A stretch of DNA of 64,000 nucleotides from a candidate division WOR-3 bacterium (GCA_965649295.1 CBFGKH010000008.1:1-64000); one strand, 5' to 3'. Shown: positions 37,416 to 47,594, counted from the stretch's first letter. A program made the numbers and translations. The notes: generated from the letters alone by a model not told the origin.

Positions 37416-38675
37416 ATGAGCGCAGCCGCTCCCCACCGGCGCCGGGTCGTGGTTACCGGCCTCGGTGCGGTCACCCCCATCGGTAACGACGTTCCCACCT
37501 TCTGGCAGAATCTTTTGGCCGGCCGCTCCGGCATCAGCCGCCTGAGCGCGTTCGACCCGACCGACCTGGAGGTGCAGATTGGCGCCGAAGTGAAGGGGTT
37601 TGACCCAAGCCAGCGGATTGACCCGAAACTGGCCCGCCGCACCGACCGGTTCACCCAGTATGCGCTGGCCGCAGCGGCTGAGGCCGTGGCCGATGCCCGG
37701 CTCGACTTCAGTAAGGAGAACCGGGACCGGTGTGGGGTAATCGTCGGCTCGGGCATGGGCGGGATTCAGACCTGGGAGGCGCAGCATACCCAGTTTCTGG
37801 AGAAAGGGCCGCGCCGGGTCTCACCGCTCCTGATTCCGATGATGATTCCCGACATGGCCTGCGGCCAGATTGCAATCAGCTATGGCCTGCGCGGCCCCAA
37901 CTACGACACCACCTCGGCCTGTGCCAGCGGTGCCCACGCCACCGGCGTCGCCTTTCGCCATATCGTTGCCGGCGACTGCGATGTCTGCATCGCCGGTGGC
38001 AGCGAGGCGGCGATCAGTCGCTTCACCGTCGCGGCCTTTGCCAACATGGGCGCCCTGTCCAAGCGCAACGACGCCCCCGAACAGGCCTCGCGGCCGTTTG
38101 ACCGCGACCGTGACGGCTTTGTCATCGCCGAAGGTGCCGGCATCTATGTTCTCGAAGAACTCGATCACGCCGAGCAGCGGGGAGCACCAATCTACTGTGA
38201 GCTGGCCGGCTACGGCGCTACCGCCGATGCCCACCACATCACTGCGCCTGACCCCGAGGCTGCCGGCGCCATCAACGTGATGCAGGCCGCCATTGCCGAG
38301 GCCGGGCTTCGACCAGCCGATATTGACTATATCAACGCTCACGGCACCTCAACCCCGCTCAACGACGCCTCTGAGGTACGGGCCATCAACGCCGTCTTTG
38401 GCGAACATGCCGCCCGCCTCGCCGTCAACTCGACCAAGTCAATGATCGGTCACGGCCTCGGCGCTGCCGGCGCGATGGAGTTCGTGGCGATGGTCCTGCA
38501 GGTGAAACACCAACAGGTGCACGCGACCGTCAACCACCAGCACCCGGATGACGGCGTGACCCTCGACTTTGTCAAGGACGGCCCCCGTCCTTGCGCCATC
38601 CGCGCCGCCATCTCCAACTCATTCGGCTTCGGCGGCCACAACGCCTGCCTCTTGGTCCGGAGGTTTGAGGCATGA
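37416..38675 (+). CDS. fabF: Beta-ketoacyl-ACP synthase II
   Basis: RRVVVTGLG, SACASG, YINAHGTST, STKSMIGH, SNSFGFGG. Confidence 0.96.
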   Translation: MSAAAPHRRRVVVTGLGAVTPIGNDVPTFWQNLLAGRSGISRLSAFDPTDLEVQIGAEVKGFDPSQRIDPKLARRTDRFTQYALAAAAEAVADARLDFSKENRDRCGVIVGSGMGGIQTWEAQHTQFLEKGPRRVSPLLIPMMIPDMACGQIAISYGLRGPNYDTTSACASGAHATGVAFRHIVAGDCDVCIAGGSEAAISRFTVAAFANMGALSKRNDAPEQASRPFDRDRDGFVIAEGAGIYVLEELDHAEQRGAPIYCELAGYGATADAHHITAPDPEAAGAINVMQAAIAEAGLRPADIDYINAHGTSTPLNDASEVRAINAVFGEHAARLAVNSTKSMIGHGLGAAGAMEFVAMVLQVKHQQVHATVNHQHPDDGVTLDFVKDGPRPCAIRAAISNSFGFGGHNACLLVRRFEA

Positions 38676-39451
38676 ACTTTGCCGTCTGCCTAAAGCAAGT
38701 GCCGTCCACCGAAACCAAGATTCGGGTCAACACTCAGACCGGCTTTATTGACACAAGCGAAGTTGACTGGGTTATCAACCCCTTTGACGAGTATGCACTG
38801 GAGGTCGCCTTGCGGGCCAAGGAGCAGCACGGCGGCACCCTGACTGTTGTCAGTCTCGGCCCGGAGCGCGTCAAAGTCGCCCTGCGCACCGCCCTGGCCA
38901 TGGGTGCGGACAATGCGGTGCAGCTCACTGACCCGGCCTTTACCGGCATTGACGCGCTGGCCATTGGCCGGCTGCTCGCGGCTGCGATTAGGCGCTCGCC
39001 GTTTGATGTCGTTCTCTGCGGCAAGCAGGCGATTGACGACGACCAGGCCGCAGTGCCGGCAGCGGTCGCCCACTTTCTTGGCATTCCCCATGTCTCGTTT
39101 ATCGTCGAGGCCGGATTCGGCACTCCGGGCGTGGTGGTTGCCCATCGTGAAATCGAAGGCGCCACCGAGATTGTCGAGGCCCAACTTCCCTGTCTTTTGA
39201 CGGTCGGCAAGGCCCGGGTCGAGCCCCGGCTGCCCGGCCTCAAAGGAATGATGGCCGCAAAGAAGAAGGAGATTCCGGTACTCGATGCCGCTGCACTGGG
39301 CATCGGCCCGGAGCTGCTCACGCGCCGGCTTGAGTATATCGAGGACCGCCTGCCGCCCGGCCGCAAGCCCGGCCGCGTCCTCGACGGCGACCCAGCCGAG
39401 ACTGTGCCGGAAGTGGTGCGGCTGCTGCACGAGGAGGCCAAGGTCCTGTGA
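38672..39451 (+). CDS. etfB: Electron transfer flavoprotein beta subunit
   Basis: VCLKQVP, NPFDEYALE, ALAMGAD, GKQAIDDD, PRLP. Confidence 0.93.
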   Translation: MNFAVCLKQVPSTETKIRVNTQTGFIDTSEVDWVINPFDEYALEVALRAKEQHGGTLTVVSLGPERVKVALRTALAMGADNAVQLTDPAFTGIDALAIGRLLAAAIRRSPFDVVLCGKQAIDDDQAAVPAAVAHFLGIPHVSFIVEAGFGTPGVVVAHREIEGATEIVEAQLPCLLTVGKARVEPRLPGLKGMMAAKKKEIPVLDAAALGIGPELLTRRLEYIEDRLPPGRKPGRVLDGDPAETVPEVVRLLHEEAKVL

Positions 39452-39487
39452 CCGGCAGCCCAGCATTGTCCGGCGAAAGCGACGAAG

Positions 39488-40132
39488 ATGTTTGACCGCA
39501 AACTCTCCCGCGAGCGCCTGCTGATTGGTATCGGCGGCAACACCGGTGCTGGCAAGTCAACTGTCGCCAACGAGCTGCGCCGTTACGGCGCGAAGATAAT
39601 CGAGGCCGACGCGCTCGGCTGGACCCTCTTGGCCAAGGGCACGCCCCAGACCAAGGCCCTGGTCAAGGCTTTTGGCACCGATATTCTGGGCAAGACCGGC
39701 CGGATTGATCGTCGGGCACTGGCCCGCAAAGCCTTTGCTTCACGCTCCAATCTCCTCAAGCTGAACAAGATTACCCACCCGGCCCTGATTGAGAAGATTC
39801 GGCGGGAGATAGACCGCCACAAGAAAGGTCTCGTTGTGGTTGATGCCGCCCTGCTCTTCACCTGGGGTCTCGACAAGGAGATGGATGTCTCCATCCTTGT
39901 CACTGCTCCGGAGCGCACTAAGCTCGCCCGCCTGCGCGAGGCTGGCCTTTCCGAGGAAGAGGCCCGCGCCCGGCTGAAGCTGCAGGAGCCTGATGCCAAG
40001 GTCTGGCGCCGGGCCGACTTTGTGCTCGAAAACTCTGGTTCCTTTGCCGAACTGAAGCGCAAGTCCCGCGCCCTTTGGAACTTCTTCTACAGCGCCAAGT
40101 TCGAGAACTTCAAGCGCGGCGCTAAAGAGTAG
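39488..40132 (+). CDS. coaE: Dephospho-CoA kinase
   Basis: IGIGGNTGAGKST, IDRRAL, LNKITHP, VDAALL. Confidence 0.92.
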   Translation: MFDRKLSRERLLIGIGGNTGAGKSTVANELRRYGAKIIEADALGWTLLAKGTPQTKALVKAFGTDILGKTGRIDRRALARKAFASRSNLLKLNKITHPALIEKIRREIDRHKKGLVVVDAALLFTWGLDKEMDVSILVTAPERTKLARLREAGLSEEEARARLKLQEPDAKVWRRADFVLENSGSFAELKRKSRALWNFFYSAKFENFKRGAKE

Positions 40133-40153
40133 CGCTGCTCGGCCGCTTCGGCC

Positions 40154-41203
40154 ATGAAACTCAATCAAGTACCGCTGCACGAACTGGAGATTGAAGCCGG
40201 GCTCGTCCGCGCCAGTACGCCCTACATTCTCGAATACTCCGAGGTCGCCGCGCTCGTCGCCGACTTCTTTGCCACCTACCGCCAGCTCGTCAACCGCCAG
40301 TCGGTTTCACTCGGACCACGGCAGCGGGAGGCCAATGCCGAAAGCTACGAGCTATTGGCGGCTGACAGCCGGGCCGGTCGAATCCACTTCGTCTATGACG
40401 CCGATGAGACACGGATTGGCATCGAGCTCGCTCCGGCTGAGGCCCAGATGGTCTATCGCCTGCTGCGCGAGCAACTGATTGTCCGGCCCGACCTCGAGCA
40501 AATTCGCCGGGTGATGTCGGCCAACCTGGCCGAAACCGTCGCCGCGATTCTCTGGCAGATTGGCGCCATCAAGGTCAGTCTCGGCGACCTGCGCCCCTAT
40601 TTCCGGGTTGACGAGGGCCGCAACTCCAGCCCAATTTACATTGACGTCAAGGGTCTAGCCAGCTATCCAGCGGTCAACGACTTTGTGCTCGGCTCGGCCG
40701 CGCTGCTGCTGCGCAACCTTGAATTCGACTCCATCTGCGGCATCGAAGCGGGTAGTATTGCCATTGCCGCAGTGCTCGCCAAGAAGCTGGCCAAGCCAAT
40801 GTTCTACGCCCGGCGTCAGCGCCGCTATCCCGAAGCCAGCCTCTTTGAGGGCGCCAAGAGTCATGAGCTGTTCCGGCGGCGCGTGCTGCTGGTTGACGAC
40901 ACCCTGGTGCACGGCTGGACCAAGGCCCGAGTTATCAGTGCCATCCGCGAGCAGGGCGGGGTAGTTGACTCCTGCTTTGTTATCTTTGACCGGCAGCAGC
41001 ACGGCGCCGAGGAGCTGGCCGCCGCCGGTGTTCGCCTCTACTCGCTGACCAATCGGGAAGCTGCTTTTTCGGCCAAGGTGCCGCGCGAAATCAGCCTGCT
41101 GACCGACCAGGAGGCGGCTGAGGTCGCCGCCTACTTTGAGGACCCGGCAGAATGGCACCGTCGCCGCGGCCTGGTCTTCCATCCGCCCGCCCGCCAGCTC
41201 TGA
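40154..41203 (+). CDS. Orotate phosphoribosyltransferase-like protein with an extra N-terminal region
   Basis: SPIYID, GIEAGSI, PRPP loop VLLVDDTL..G.T, C-terminal DP..W. Confidence 0.72.
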   Translation: MKLNQVPLHELEIEAGLVRASTPYILEYSEVAALVADFFATYRQLVNRQSVSLGPRQREANAESYELLAADSRAGRIHFVYDADETRIGIELAPAEAQMVYRLLREQLIVRPDLEQIRRVMSANLAETVAAILWQIGAIKVSLGDLRPYFRVDEGRNSSPIYIDVKGLASYPAVNDFVLGSAALLLRNLEFDSICGIEAGSIAIAAVLAKKLAKPMFYARRQRRYPEASLFEGAKSHELFRRRVLLVDDTLVHGWTKARVISAIREQGGVVDSCFVIFDRQQHGAEELAAAGVRLYSLTNREAAFSAKVPREISLLTDQEAAEVAAYFEDPAEWHRRRGLVFHPPARQL

Positions 41204-41296
41204 CCGGTTCATCAACTTGACAGCCGGCCAGGTTCTGCCATCATAGTAACGGACGAATGATGGACTCGCCTGCTACGCCGGCTCTTAGTGGAGGGG

Positions 41297-42166
41297 ATGG
41301 TGCGCTGGCATTATAACTGTCCTCAGTGCGAGAAGCCGTGCACTGCCGAATGGGAGGAAATCGGCCTTCAGGCTCAGTGTCCGGTCTGCGGCAACGTCCA
41401 CTACCCACCCACTCCCCACGAAGACCGCTTTGCCTGGCTGGAAAGCGACAAGTGGACCCAGGAAATCGAAGAGGCGGTGCTGGCGATTCGCGGCACAATC
41501 TGCGCGGTGCCGGGTTGCTATCGCGAGCACGAAACCCTGGCCCACCGTATCCCGCTCTCCCGCGGCGGCCGCACTTCGGTTGACAACCTGATGCCCCTCT
41601 GCAACGCCCACGCCCAGTCGCGAGGCGAGCGTGACTGGGACGAGTGGCTGAACGAGGTAAAGCAGCAGGCACAGCCAAAATCCGAGTTCGAGATTACAAT
41701 CACTGCCCGCGACGACGGTGCGGCTGACGAGACCGCGCCCACCGCGGTTCCGGCCGGTTACACGCAGCCGATTCTGGCGATGACGGCCGAGCAGGCCCAA
41801 AGCCTGCTACCCGAAGACATCGGGCCAGAACCAAGACTACTGGTGACGATGCCTTTTCGCTACGGCTCAGCCAGCCGGCTCGAGCTCGACTACGACTGGC
41901 GAGCTGGTGCCAGCGGCACCTGCCGGCTCTATCTGCTGGCCTGGCCCCACGGCGAGCAACCCGAGGTCGCGTATCTGGGTGGACCAAAGTTTGCCGGCCT
42001 CTACGGCGTCAAGGAACACCTAGTTGTCGAGGGCGAGACCGGTTCAACCGTCATCGAGCTCTTCCTGCCGGAAAGCCCGAAAGGCCGCTGGTGTGCGGCT
42101 GTGGCCTTGATTGACGAGGGCTGCAAGTTCCGGCTCGGCGAGTTTGTGCTCGCGGCGACAACGTAG
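41297..42166 (+). CDS. Zn-ribbon plus HNH-like domain protein
   Basis: CPQC/CPVC, CAVPGC, H.IPLSRGG...VDNL.PLC..H. Confidence 0.7.
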   Translation: MVRWHYNCPQCEKPCTAEWEEIGLQAQCPVCGNVHYPPTPHEDRFAWLESDKWTQEIEEAVLAIRGTICAVPGCYREHETLAHRIPLSRGGRTSVDNLMPLCNAHAQSRGERDWDEWLNEVKQQAQPKSEFEITITARDDGAADETAPTAVPAGYTQPILAMTAEQAQSLLPEDIGPEPRLLVTMPFRYGSASRLELDYDWRAGASGTCRLYLLAWPHGEQPEVAYLGGPKFAGLYGVKEHLVVEGETGSTVIELFLPESPKGRWCAAVALIDEGCKFRLGEFVLAATT

Positions 42167-42222
42167 GCCGAACTATCGCCTAGGACCATCGGTCAGCCGC
42201 AAAGAGCGGCTGTATCTTTTTG

Positions 42223-43479
42223 CTAGTCGCGGAACAGGGCGCGGACCTCAGGACCAATTATGTCTGCCGGCACTTCGGACTGATTGCCGGTGGCGAGGTC
42301 CTTGAGTGAATAGACCCCTCTGGCCAGCTCGTCCGGGCCGACGATAACACAGCAGGCCGCGTTGTCGGCATCAGCCGTCTTGAACTGCCGGGCCGGCTTG
42401 CGGGCATCGTAGTCAATCCGGCAGGGAATCCGTTCGGCCCGCAGCTTGTCGGCCAGGGCCCGGGCTGCCGGCAGCTCTTTCTCGGTCAGCCAGACAACAT
42501 AGCAGAGGTGGCGCCGCGGCCCGGCTGGTGCTGGTGGCAGGGCAAGCAGAGTCCGTTCGAGCCCCAACGCAAACCCGATGGCTGGCGTATCCGGCCCGCC
42601 AAACGAGCGCACAAGATAGTCATAGCGGCCGCCGCCACCAAGGCTGTCCTGAGCGCCGATTGCCGCCGAGGTGTACTCAAACGTGGTCCGGTTGTAGTAG
42701 TCAAGCCCGCGCACCAAGCGGTCGTCAAGGACAAACTGAAGGTTGCGGGCCATAAGCGCTGCCTGCACCGCCTGAAAATGGCCCGCGCAGTCCGGACAGA
42801 GAAACTGGCTCGGCCGCGGTGCCGGCGCGACGAGCTGCTGGCACGACTGGACCTTGCAGTCAAAGACCCGCATCGGGTTGGCATCGAGCCGAACCTGACA
42901 GTCTTCGCAAAGCTCGGCCCGCTTGTCAGCAAGGAAGGCGACAAGCTTCTCCCGATACTGGGGCCGGCAACTGGTGCAGCCAATCGAGTTAATCCGCGTC
43001 ACGATGCCGGTGATGCCGAGCAGGGAGAAGAACTCGGTGGCACAGTAGATGACCTCGGCATCGGTCTCGGGGCTCGCCTCGCCAATGGCCTCGACTCCGA
43101 GCTGGTGAAACTCCCGATACCGGCCTTTCTGTGGCCGGGAATAGCGAAAGTAGGAGCCGGTATAGCAAAGCCGACAGGGCAAGCGTAGGTTATTCTCCAA
43201 GATGGCCCGGACAACGCCCGGCGTGCCCTCAGGCCGCAGGGTCAGGTCCCGATCGCTGCGGTCGCGGAACCGGTACATCTCCTTGGTCACGACATCTGAG
43301 GTCTCGCCCGACGACTTGACAAAGACCTCGGTATGCTCAAAGGTCGGCGTAATTATCTCCTGAAAGCCGAACCGGCCGGCGACATGGCGGAATAGGTCCT
43401 CAGCCTGACGCAGCCTTACCGAATCCGGCGGTACAAAGTCAAGCGTGCCCTTGGGTCGGGTCTGTTTTGCCGCACTCAT
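42223..43479 (-). CDS. hisS: Histidine--tRNA ligase
   Basis: TPTFE, LRPEGT, RPQKGRYREF.Q, LVRGLDYY, GGGRYD, GLER. Confidence 0.97.
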   Translation of the reverse strand: MSAAKQTRPKGTLDFVPPDSVRLRQAEDLFRHVAGRFGFQEIITPTFEHTEVFVKSSGETSDVVTKEMYRFRDRSDRDLTLRPEGTPGVVRAILENNLRLPCRLCYTGSYFRYSRPQKGRYREFHQLGVEAIGEASPETDAEVIYCATEFFSLLGITGIVTRINSIGCTSCRPQYREKLVAFLADKRAELCEDCQVRLDANPMRVFDCKVQSCQQLVAPAPRPSQFLCPDCAGHFQAVQAALMARNLQFVLDDRLVRGLDYYNRTTFEYTSAAIGAQDSLGGGGRYDYLVRSFGGPDTPAIGFALGLERTLLALPPAPAGPRRHLCYVVWLTEKELPAARALADKLRAERIPCRIDYDARKPARQFKTADADNAACCVIVGPDELARGVYSLKDLATGNQSEVPADIIGPEVRALFRD

Positions 43480-43829
43480 CAGGGACGAAAGAGCTTGGTC
43501 GAAAGCTCAAACACGGTGAGCCCGAGCAGGATGCCGGTCAGATTGGCGAGCAGGTCAACGAGGCTGAAGTTCCGGTCCGGCAGCTCTTTCTGGACATACT
43601 CCAGCCCCACCGCGACCGGCACTGTCAGCAGCAAAGAGACAAACGGTGCCGCTGCTTGGGCCGCCACGCCCATCACCGTGAAAAGGGCGGTATGAATCAC
43701 TTTGTCATAGCCGCGCTGAATCACATCCGGCGGTCGGCGCAGCGGAACGGTCAGTAGCACGCCAGTGACGATAATCCAGAAGACTAAGAACAGCCAAGCC
43801 CGGAGTCGGTGGGCGCGCCGCACGTTCAA
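43479..43829 (-). CDS. VanZ-like membrane protein
   Basis: DKVIH, EYVQ...PDR.FS..DLLAN..G. Confidence 0.8.
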   Translation of the reverse strand: MNVRRAHRLRAWLFLVFWIIVTGVLLTVPLRRPPDVIQRGYDKVIHTALFTVMGVAAQAAAPFVSLLLTVPVAVGLEYVQKELPDRNFSLVDLLANLTGILLGLTVFELSTKLFRP

Positions 43830-44449
43830 GTCTCGCCGCGGATTATTTCTTTCACCCGCATCAGCCGGGTGAGGTCGCCGCGCTCAGCCTCAGCCAGCTT
43901 CAGGTTGATGAACTTGACCGTCTCCTCAATATTGGGAATGAGTACGAATTCGAGGGCATTGACCCGCCGCCGGGTGCGCTCGGTCTCATCGGCGAGCAGC
44001 TCCAGCGTCTTCTCCTTCTCGGCGAGTATCAGCAGTGAGTCAAGCAGCCGGTCAAGCTCTTCTAGGGCAAAGTCGAGTTCGCCAGAGGTGAAGTTGAAGC
44101 CATAGCAGCGAGTGTTACCCACCAGTTCTTTCGCAAATACCGGCACCCGGACATTCATCACCGGTCGGGTAGTAGCGTTGACCGTGACCCGCTTGGCCGG
44201 CAGCATCACTGCTGCCGCCAGCTCAGCCGGGCCGTAGGCAGCCCGGGCCAAGGCAAAACGGCCGAGAATGCGGGCCATATCTGCCTCAACTCGAGCCCGG
44301 TGCTCGCGAATCTCGGCCACCAAGGCCAGAATCCGGCGCAGCAGCTCTTCCTGCTTGTCCTTGAGCAGCTTGTGCCCGCGCCGGGCAATCGCCAAGCGCT
44401 TCTTCAGGCGCAGTAGCTGCATTCGGGTTGCGCCGACAGCTAGCTTCAT
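43826..44449 (-). CDS. V/A-type ATP synthase subunit D
   Basis: TRM.LL.LK.RL..A.RGHKLLKDK, ET..TRRRVNALE...IP. Confidence 0.93.
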   Translation of the reverse strand: MKLAVGATRMQLLRLKKRLAIARRGHKLLKDKQEELLRRILALVAEIREHRARVEADMARILGRFALARAAYGPAELAAAVMLPAKRVTVNATTRPVMNVRVPVFAKELVGNTRCYGFNFTSGELDFALEELDRLLDSLLILAEKEKTLELLADETERTRRRVNALEFVLIPNIEETVKFINLKLAEAERGDLTRLMRVKEIIRGET

Positions 44450-44499
44450 TGCGGCGTGATTGTATCCCTGGCTGGGGGCTGAGTCAAACTGACGTCTGA

Positions 44500-45858
44500 C
44501 TAGAGGATAAAGAGCCTGGTGCCGAGCAGCACCGCCGTGACCCGGCCGTGCAGAGTGCGACCGATGAACGGCGTGTTTTGGGACCGGGAACGGATTCGGT
44601 CAGCCGAATAGACCCAGCTCGCCCCAAGGTCAAGCACAACCAGGTCTGCCACTGCCCCCTCGCGGATGAGTCCTACCGGCAGGCCGAGAATCTGGGCCGG
44701 CGCGACCGTCAGCTTGGCGATGTAATCAGCAAGGCCGAGCTGCTCTGTCATTACCAGTTCCTCGTAGCCGAGGCTGAACGCTGTCTCCAAGCCGATCATG
44801 CCCGGTGGCGCGGCATCCCATTCTGCGTCCTTCTCGCCCGCAAGATGGGGTGCGTGGTCGGTAGCAATTACGTCAATTGTGCCATCACCAAGGCCCTTGA
44901 TGATCGCCCGGCGGTCGGCCTCAGTTCGCAACGGCGGGTTGACCTTGCAGTTTGTATCAAAGTCGGCAATCGCATCTTCAGTGAGCGTGAAGTAGTGCGG
45001 ACAGGTTTCGGCTGTGACCTGAATCCCCCGGTTCTTGGCCCAGCGGATAATCTCAACCGTCGTGGCCGCCGAGACATGGGCGATGTGGAGCCGGCCTTGG
45101 GTGGCTTCCGCCAGCATGATGTCCCGAGCGGCTTGGGCTGATTCGGCAACTGCCGGCACCGCCTTCAGCCCCAGCCGCGCGCAGACCCGACCCTCATTGG
45201 CAATCCCCTCGACGAGTTCGAGTAGCTCGCAATGGGAAATAATCGGCACATCGAACGCCTTGGCATACTCAAGGCAACGTCGCAGCAGTTGGGGATTGGC
45301 AACCGGTGCGCCGTCGTCCGAGAATGCGACCGCACCGGCAGCGTGCATCGTCCCCAGCTCAGCCAGTTCTTTTCCCTGCCTCGCCTTGGAGCAGCAGCCG
45401 ATGGGGTGAATTCGGGCCAGACCGGCCATCTCTCCCCGCTCAATCGCGAACCGTACCCAGGCAGCATCGTCAATCGGCGGCTCGGTGTTGGGCATCGGAC
45501 AGATGCGCGTAAAGCCACCTGCCAGCGCTGCTGCCGCGCCGGTGGCAATCGTCTCCTCATCCTCGCGGCCCGGCTCACGCAGATGGCAGTGCATGTCAAG
45601 GAAGCCGGGTGAAAGGTACTTGCCCGCGCAGTCGAGTTTCTCCCCTCCGTTCGCCTTCAGATTCAGCCCGACCGCCCGAATCTGGCCGTCCTCAACCAGC
45701 ACATCGGCACGCCGCGTCGTCCGGTCAACCGGGTCAATAACGGTGCCGCCAACGAGCAGCAACCGAGAGACCGCGCGCGGCCTGAGGCTCGTATTACTGG
45801 TGCCAGCGCTTGCCGCCGGCGATTTGGGCCCGGGCTTGGGAATTGACTGTCTAGTCAT
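44500..45858 (-). CDS. pyrC: Dihydroorotase
   Basis: DMHCHLREPG, MPNTEP, FSDDG, KVNPPLR, ATDHAPH. Confidence 0.95.
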   Translation of the reverse strand: MTRQSIPKPGPKSPAASAGTSNTSLRPRAVSRLLLVGGTVIDPVDRTTRRADVLVEDGQIRAVGLNLKANGGEKLDCAGKYLSPGFLDMHCHLREPGREDEETIATGAAAALAGGFTRICPMPNTEPPIDDAAWVRFAIERGEMAGLARIHPIGCCSKARQGKELAELGTMHAAGAVAFSDDGAPVANPQLLRRCLEYAKAFDVPIISHCELLELVEGIANEGRVCARLGLKAVPAVAESAQAARDIMLAEATQGRLHIAHVSAATTVEIIRWAKNRGIQVTAETCPHYFTLTEDAIADFDTNCKVNPPLRTEADRRAIIKGLGDGTIDVIATDHAPHLAGEKDAEWDAAPPGMIGLETAFSLGYEELVMTEQLGLADYIAKLTVAPAQILGLPVGLIREGAVADLVVLDLGASWVYSADRIRSRSQNTPFIGRTLHGRVTAVLLGTRLFIL

Positions 45859-46795
45859 CTCGTTCCGGTTCTGACTGCTCGCCACCCGCCAAGAGGAAGA
45901 GCACCGCCATTCGCACTGCCACGCCGTTAGTCACCTGATTCATAATCAGCGCCTGCGGGTGGTCGGCCACCGCAAAGTCCATCTCCACACCCCAGTTGAC
46001 CGGGCCCGGATGGGTCACGACCACCTCTGGCCTCAGCCTTGCGAGACGCTCGGCAGTCAGACCATAAAGCTCGCGGTACTCACGCAGTGATGCCAACGTA
46101 CCGGCACCAATCCGCTCCTGCTGGATGCGCAGCATGTTGACAACATCAACCTCATAGAGAATTCGGTCGAGCCGGTAGAAAACCTCGCAGCCGAGACTCT
46201 CGCAATAAGGCGGAATCAGGGTTGGCGGACCGCAGACCGCCACGTGCGCCCCCAGCTTGCGAAAACAGTGGACGTTCGACCGGGCCACCCGCGAGTGGGC
46301 GATGTCGCCGACAATCAGTATCCGCCGGCCGCGCAACGTACCGAGCCGCTGCTGCAGCGTGAAGGCGTCGAGCAGAGCCTGGGTGGGATGTTCGTGAGCA
46401 CCGTCGCCGGCGTTGACCACAAAGGCGCGGATGTGGCGGGCGAGAAAGTGCGGCGCGCCGGCTGACGGATGGCGGACGATGATGCCGTCCACCCGCATTG
46501 CCTCAATATTACGGCAGGTATCGAGCAAAGTCTCGCCTTTGGCCACCGAGGAGGTGGCCTTGCTGAAGTTGACGACCTGAGCGCTCAGTCGGCTGGCAGC
46601 CAGGGTAAACGATGTGGCGGTGCGGGTTGAGGCCTCAAAGAAGAGATTGCAGAAGGTGCGGCCGCGCAAGGCCGGCACCACCGGTATCGGCCGGTCGAGC
46701 ACCGCCCTAAACACCCGGGCCTGATCGAGAATCGTCTCAATCTCGGAACGGTCAAGTCCTTCGATGCCAAGAAGGTGCCTTGACCGCAGTTTCAT
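45851..46795 (-). CDS. pyrB: Aspartate carbamoyltransferase catalytic subunit
   Basis: FFEASTRT, NAGDG.HEHPTQALLD, HSRVARS, HPGP. Confidence 0.96.
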   Translation of the reverse strand: MKLRSRHLLGIEGLDRSEIETILDQARVFRAVLDRPIPVVPALRGRTFCNLFFEASTRTATSFTLAASRLSAQVVNFSKATSSVAKGETLLDTCRNIEAMRVDGIIVRHPSAGAPHFLARHIRAFVVNAGDGAHEHPTQALLDAFTLQQRLGTLRGRRILIVGDIAHSRVARSNVHCFRKLGAHVAVCGPPTLIPPYCESLGCEVFYRLDRILYEVDVVNMLRIQQERIGAGTLASLREYRELYGLTAERLARLRPEVVVTHPGPVNWGVEMDFAVADHPQALIMNQVTNGVAVRMAVLFLLAGGEQSEPERDD

Positions 46796-47322
46796 TGTCG
46801 GGTGAGAAAAACGCCCTCGCGGCTGTCGGTCTCCATCAGATAGATGTCAACGATGTCGCCCGGCCTAGTCCGCAGTACTCGGCCGACATAGTCGGCCTGA
46901 ATCGGCAGCTCGCGATGGCCACGGTCAAAGAGCACGGCCAGCCGGATTGCCCGGGGCCGGCCAAAGTCCAGTAGTTCGCTCAGCGCCGCCCGCACTGTGC
47001 GGCCGGTATAGAGGACGTCGTCAACCAGCACCAGGGTCCGGCCGTTGATGTCAAAGTCAATCTCCGAACCGCGGACAATCGGAGTCTCCGCCACCAGTTG
47101 CAAATCATCACGATAGAGGGTGATATCAATGCTGCCGACCGGCACCTTGACCCGACGGTTACGGTTCATCCGTGCCGCAATCCGCTGGGCCAGCGGCACA
47201 CCGCGGCGCTTGATTCCAACCAGCGCAAGGTCTTGAATCTGGCGATTGGCCCGGCTTATCTCCTGGGCCAGCTTGGCAACTAGCTTGGTGATTTCCTGGT
47301 TGCCGGCGATGCGGCGCGTCAT
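46792..47322 (-). CDS. pyrR: Pyrimidine regulatory protein / uracil PRTase
   Basis: DITLYRDD, LVDDVLYTGRTVRAAL, DRGHRELPI. Confidence 0.96.
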   Translation of the reverse strand: MTRRIAGNQEITKLVAKLAQEISRANRQIQDLALVGIKRRGVPLAQRIAARMNRNRRVKVPVGSIDITLYRDDLQLVAETPIVRGSEIDFDINGRTLVLVDDVLYTGRTVRAALSELLDFGRPRAIRLAVLFDRGHRELPIQADYVGRVLRTRPGDIVDIYLMETDSREGVFLTRQ

Positions 47323-47546
47323 TTGACAAGCAGCGCGACCGGCACGATGACGCAGTAGCCGAGCACGAGCAGTATCGGCGCAAGCGTAATCGAGCCCCGG
47401 GCAAGGCTGATATAGCCGACACCGATTACGAGGATGCCCAGCCCGAGCAAAAGATAGTTCTTCTTCGTCAGAGCAATCATCGGTCGCGCCGGCTTCTTCG
47501 GTGCCTTCGGCTGGACCGGTTTCTGGGGCTTGCGGTCGGGTTTCAT
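47319..47546 (-). CDS. DUF3098-like small membrane protein
   Basis: KKNY.L..LG, ITLAPILLVLGY. Confidence 0.75.
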   Translation of the reverse strand: MKPDRKPQKPVQPKAPKKPARPMIALTKKNYLLLGLGILVIGVGYISLARGSITLAPILLVLGYCVIVPVALLVK

Positions 47547-47594
47547 CGCTAACTGTGCTCCTTAGCGGTTATGTTAGCCCGCAGCAGGACAAAG

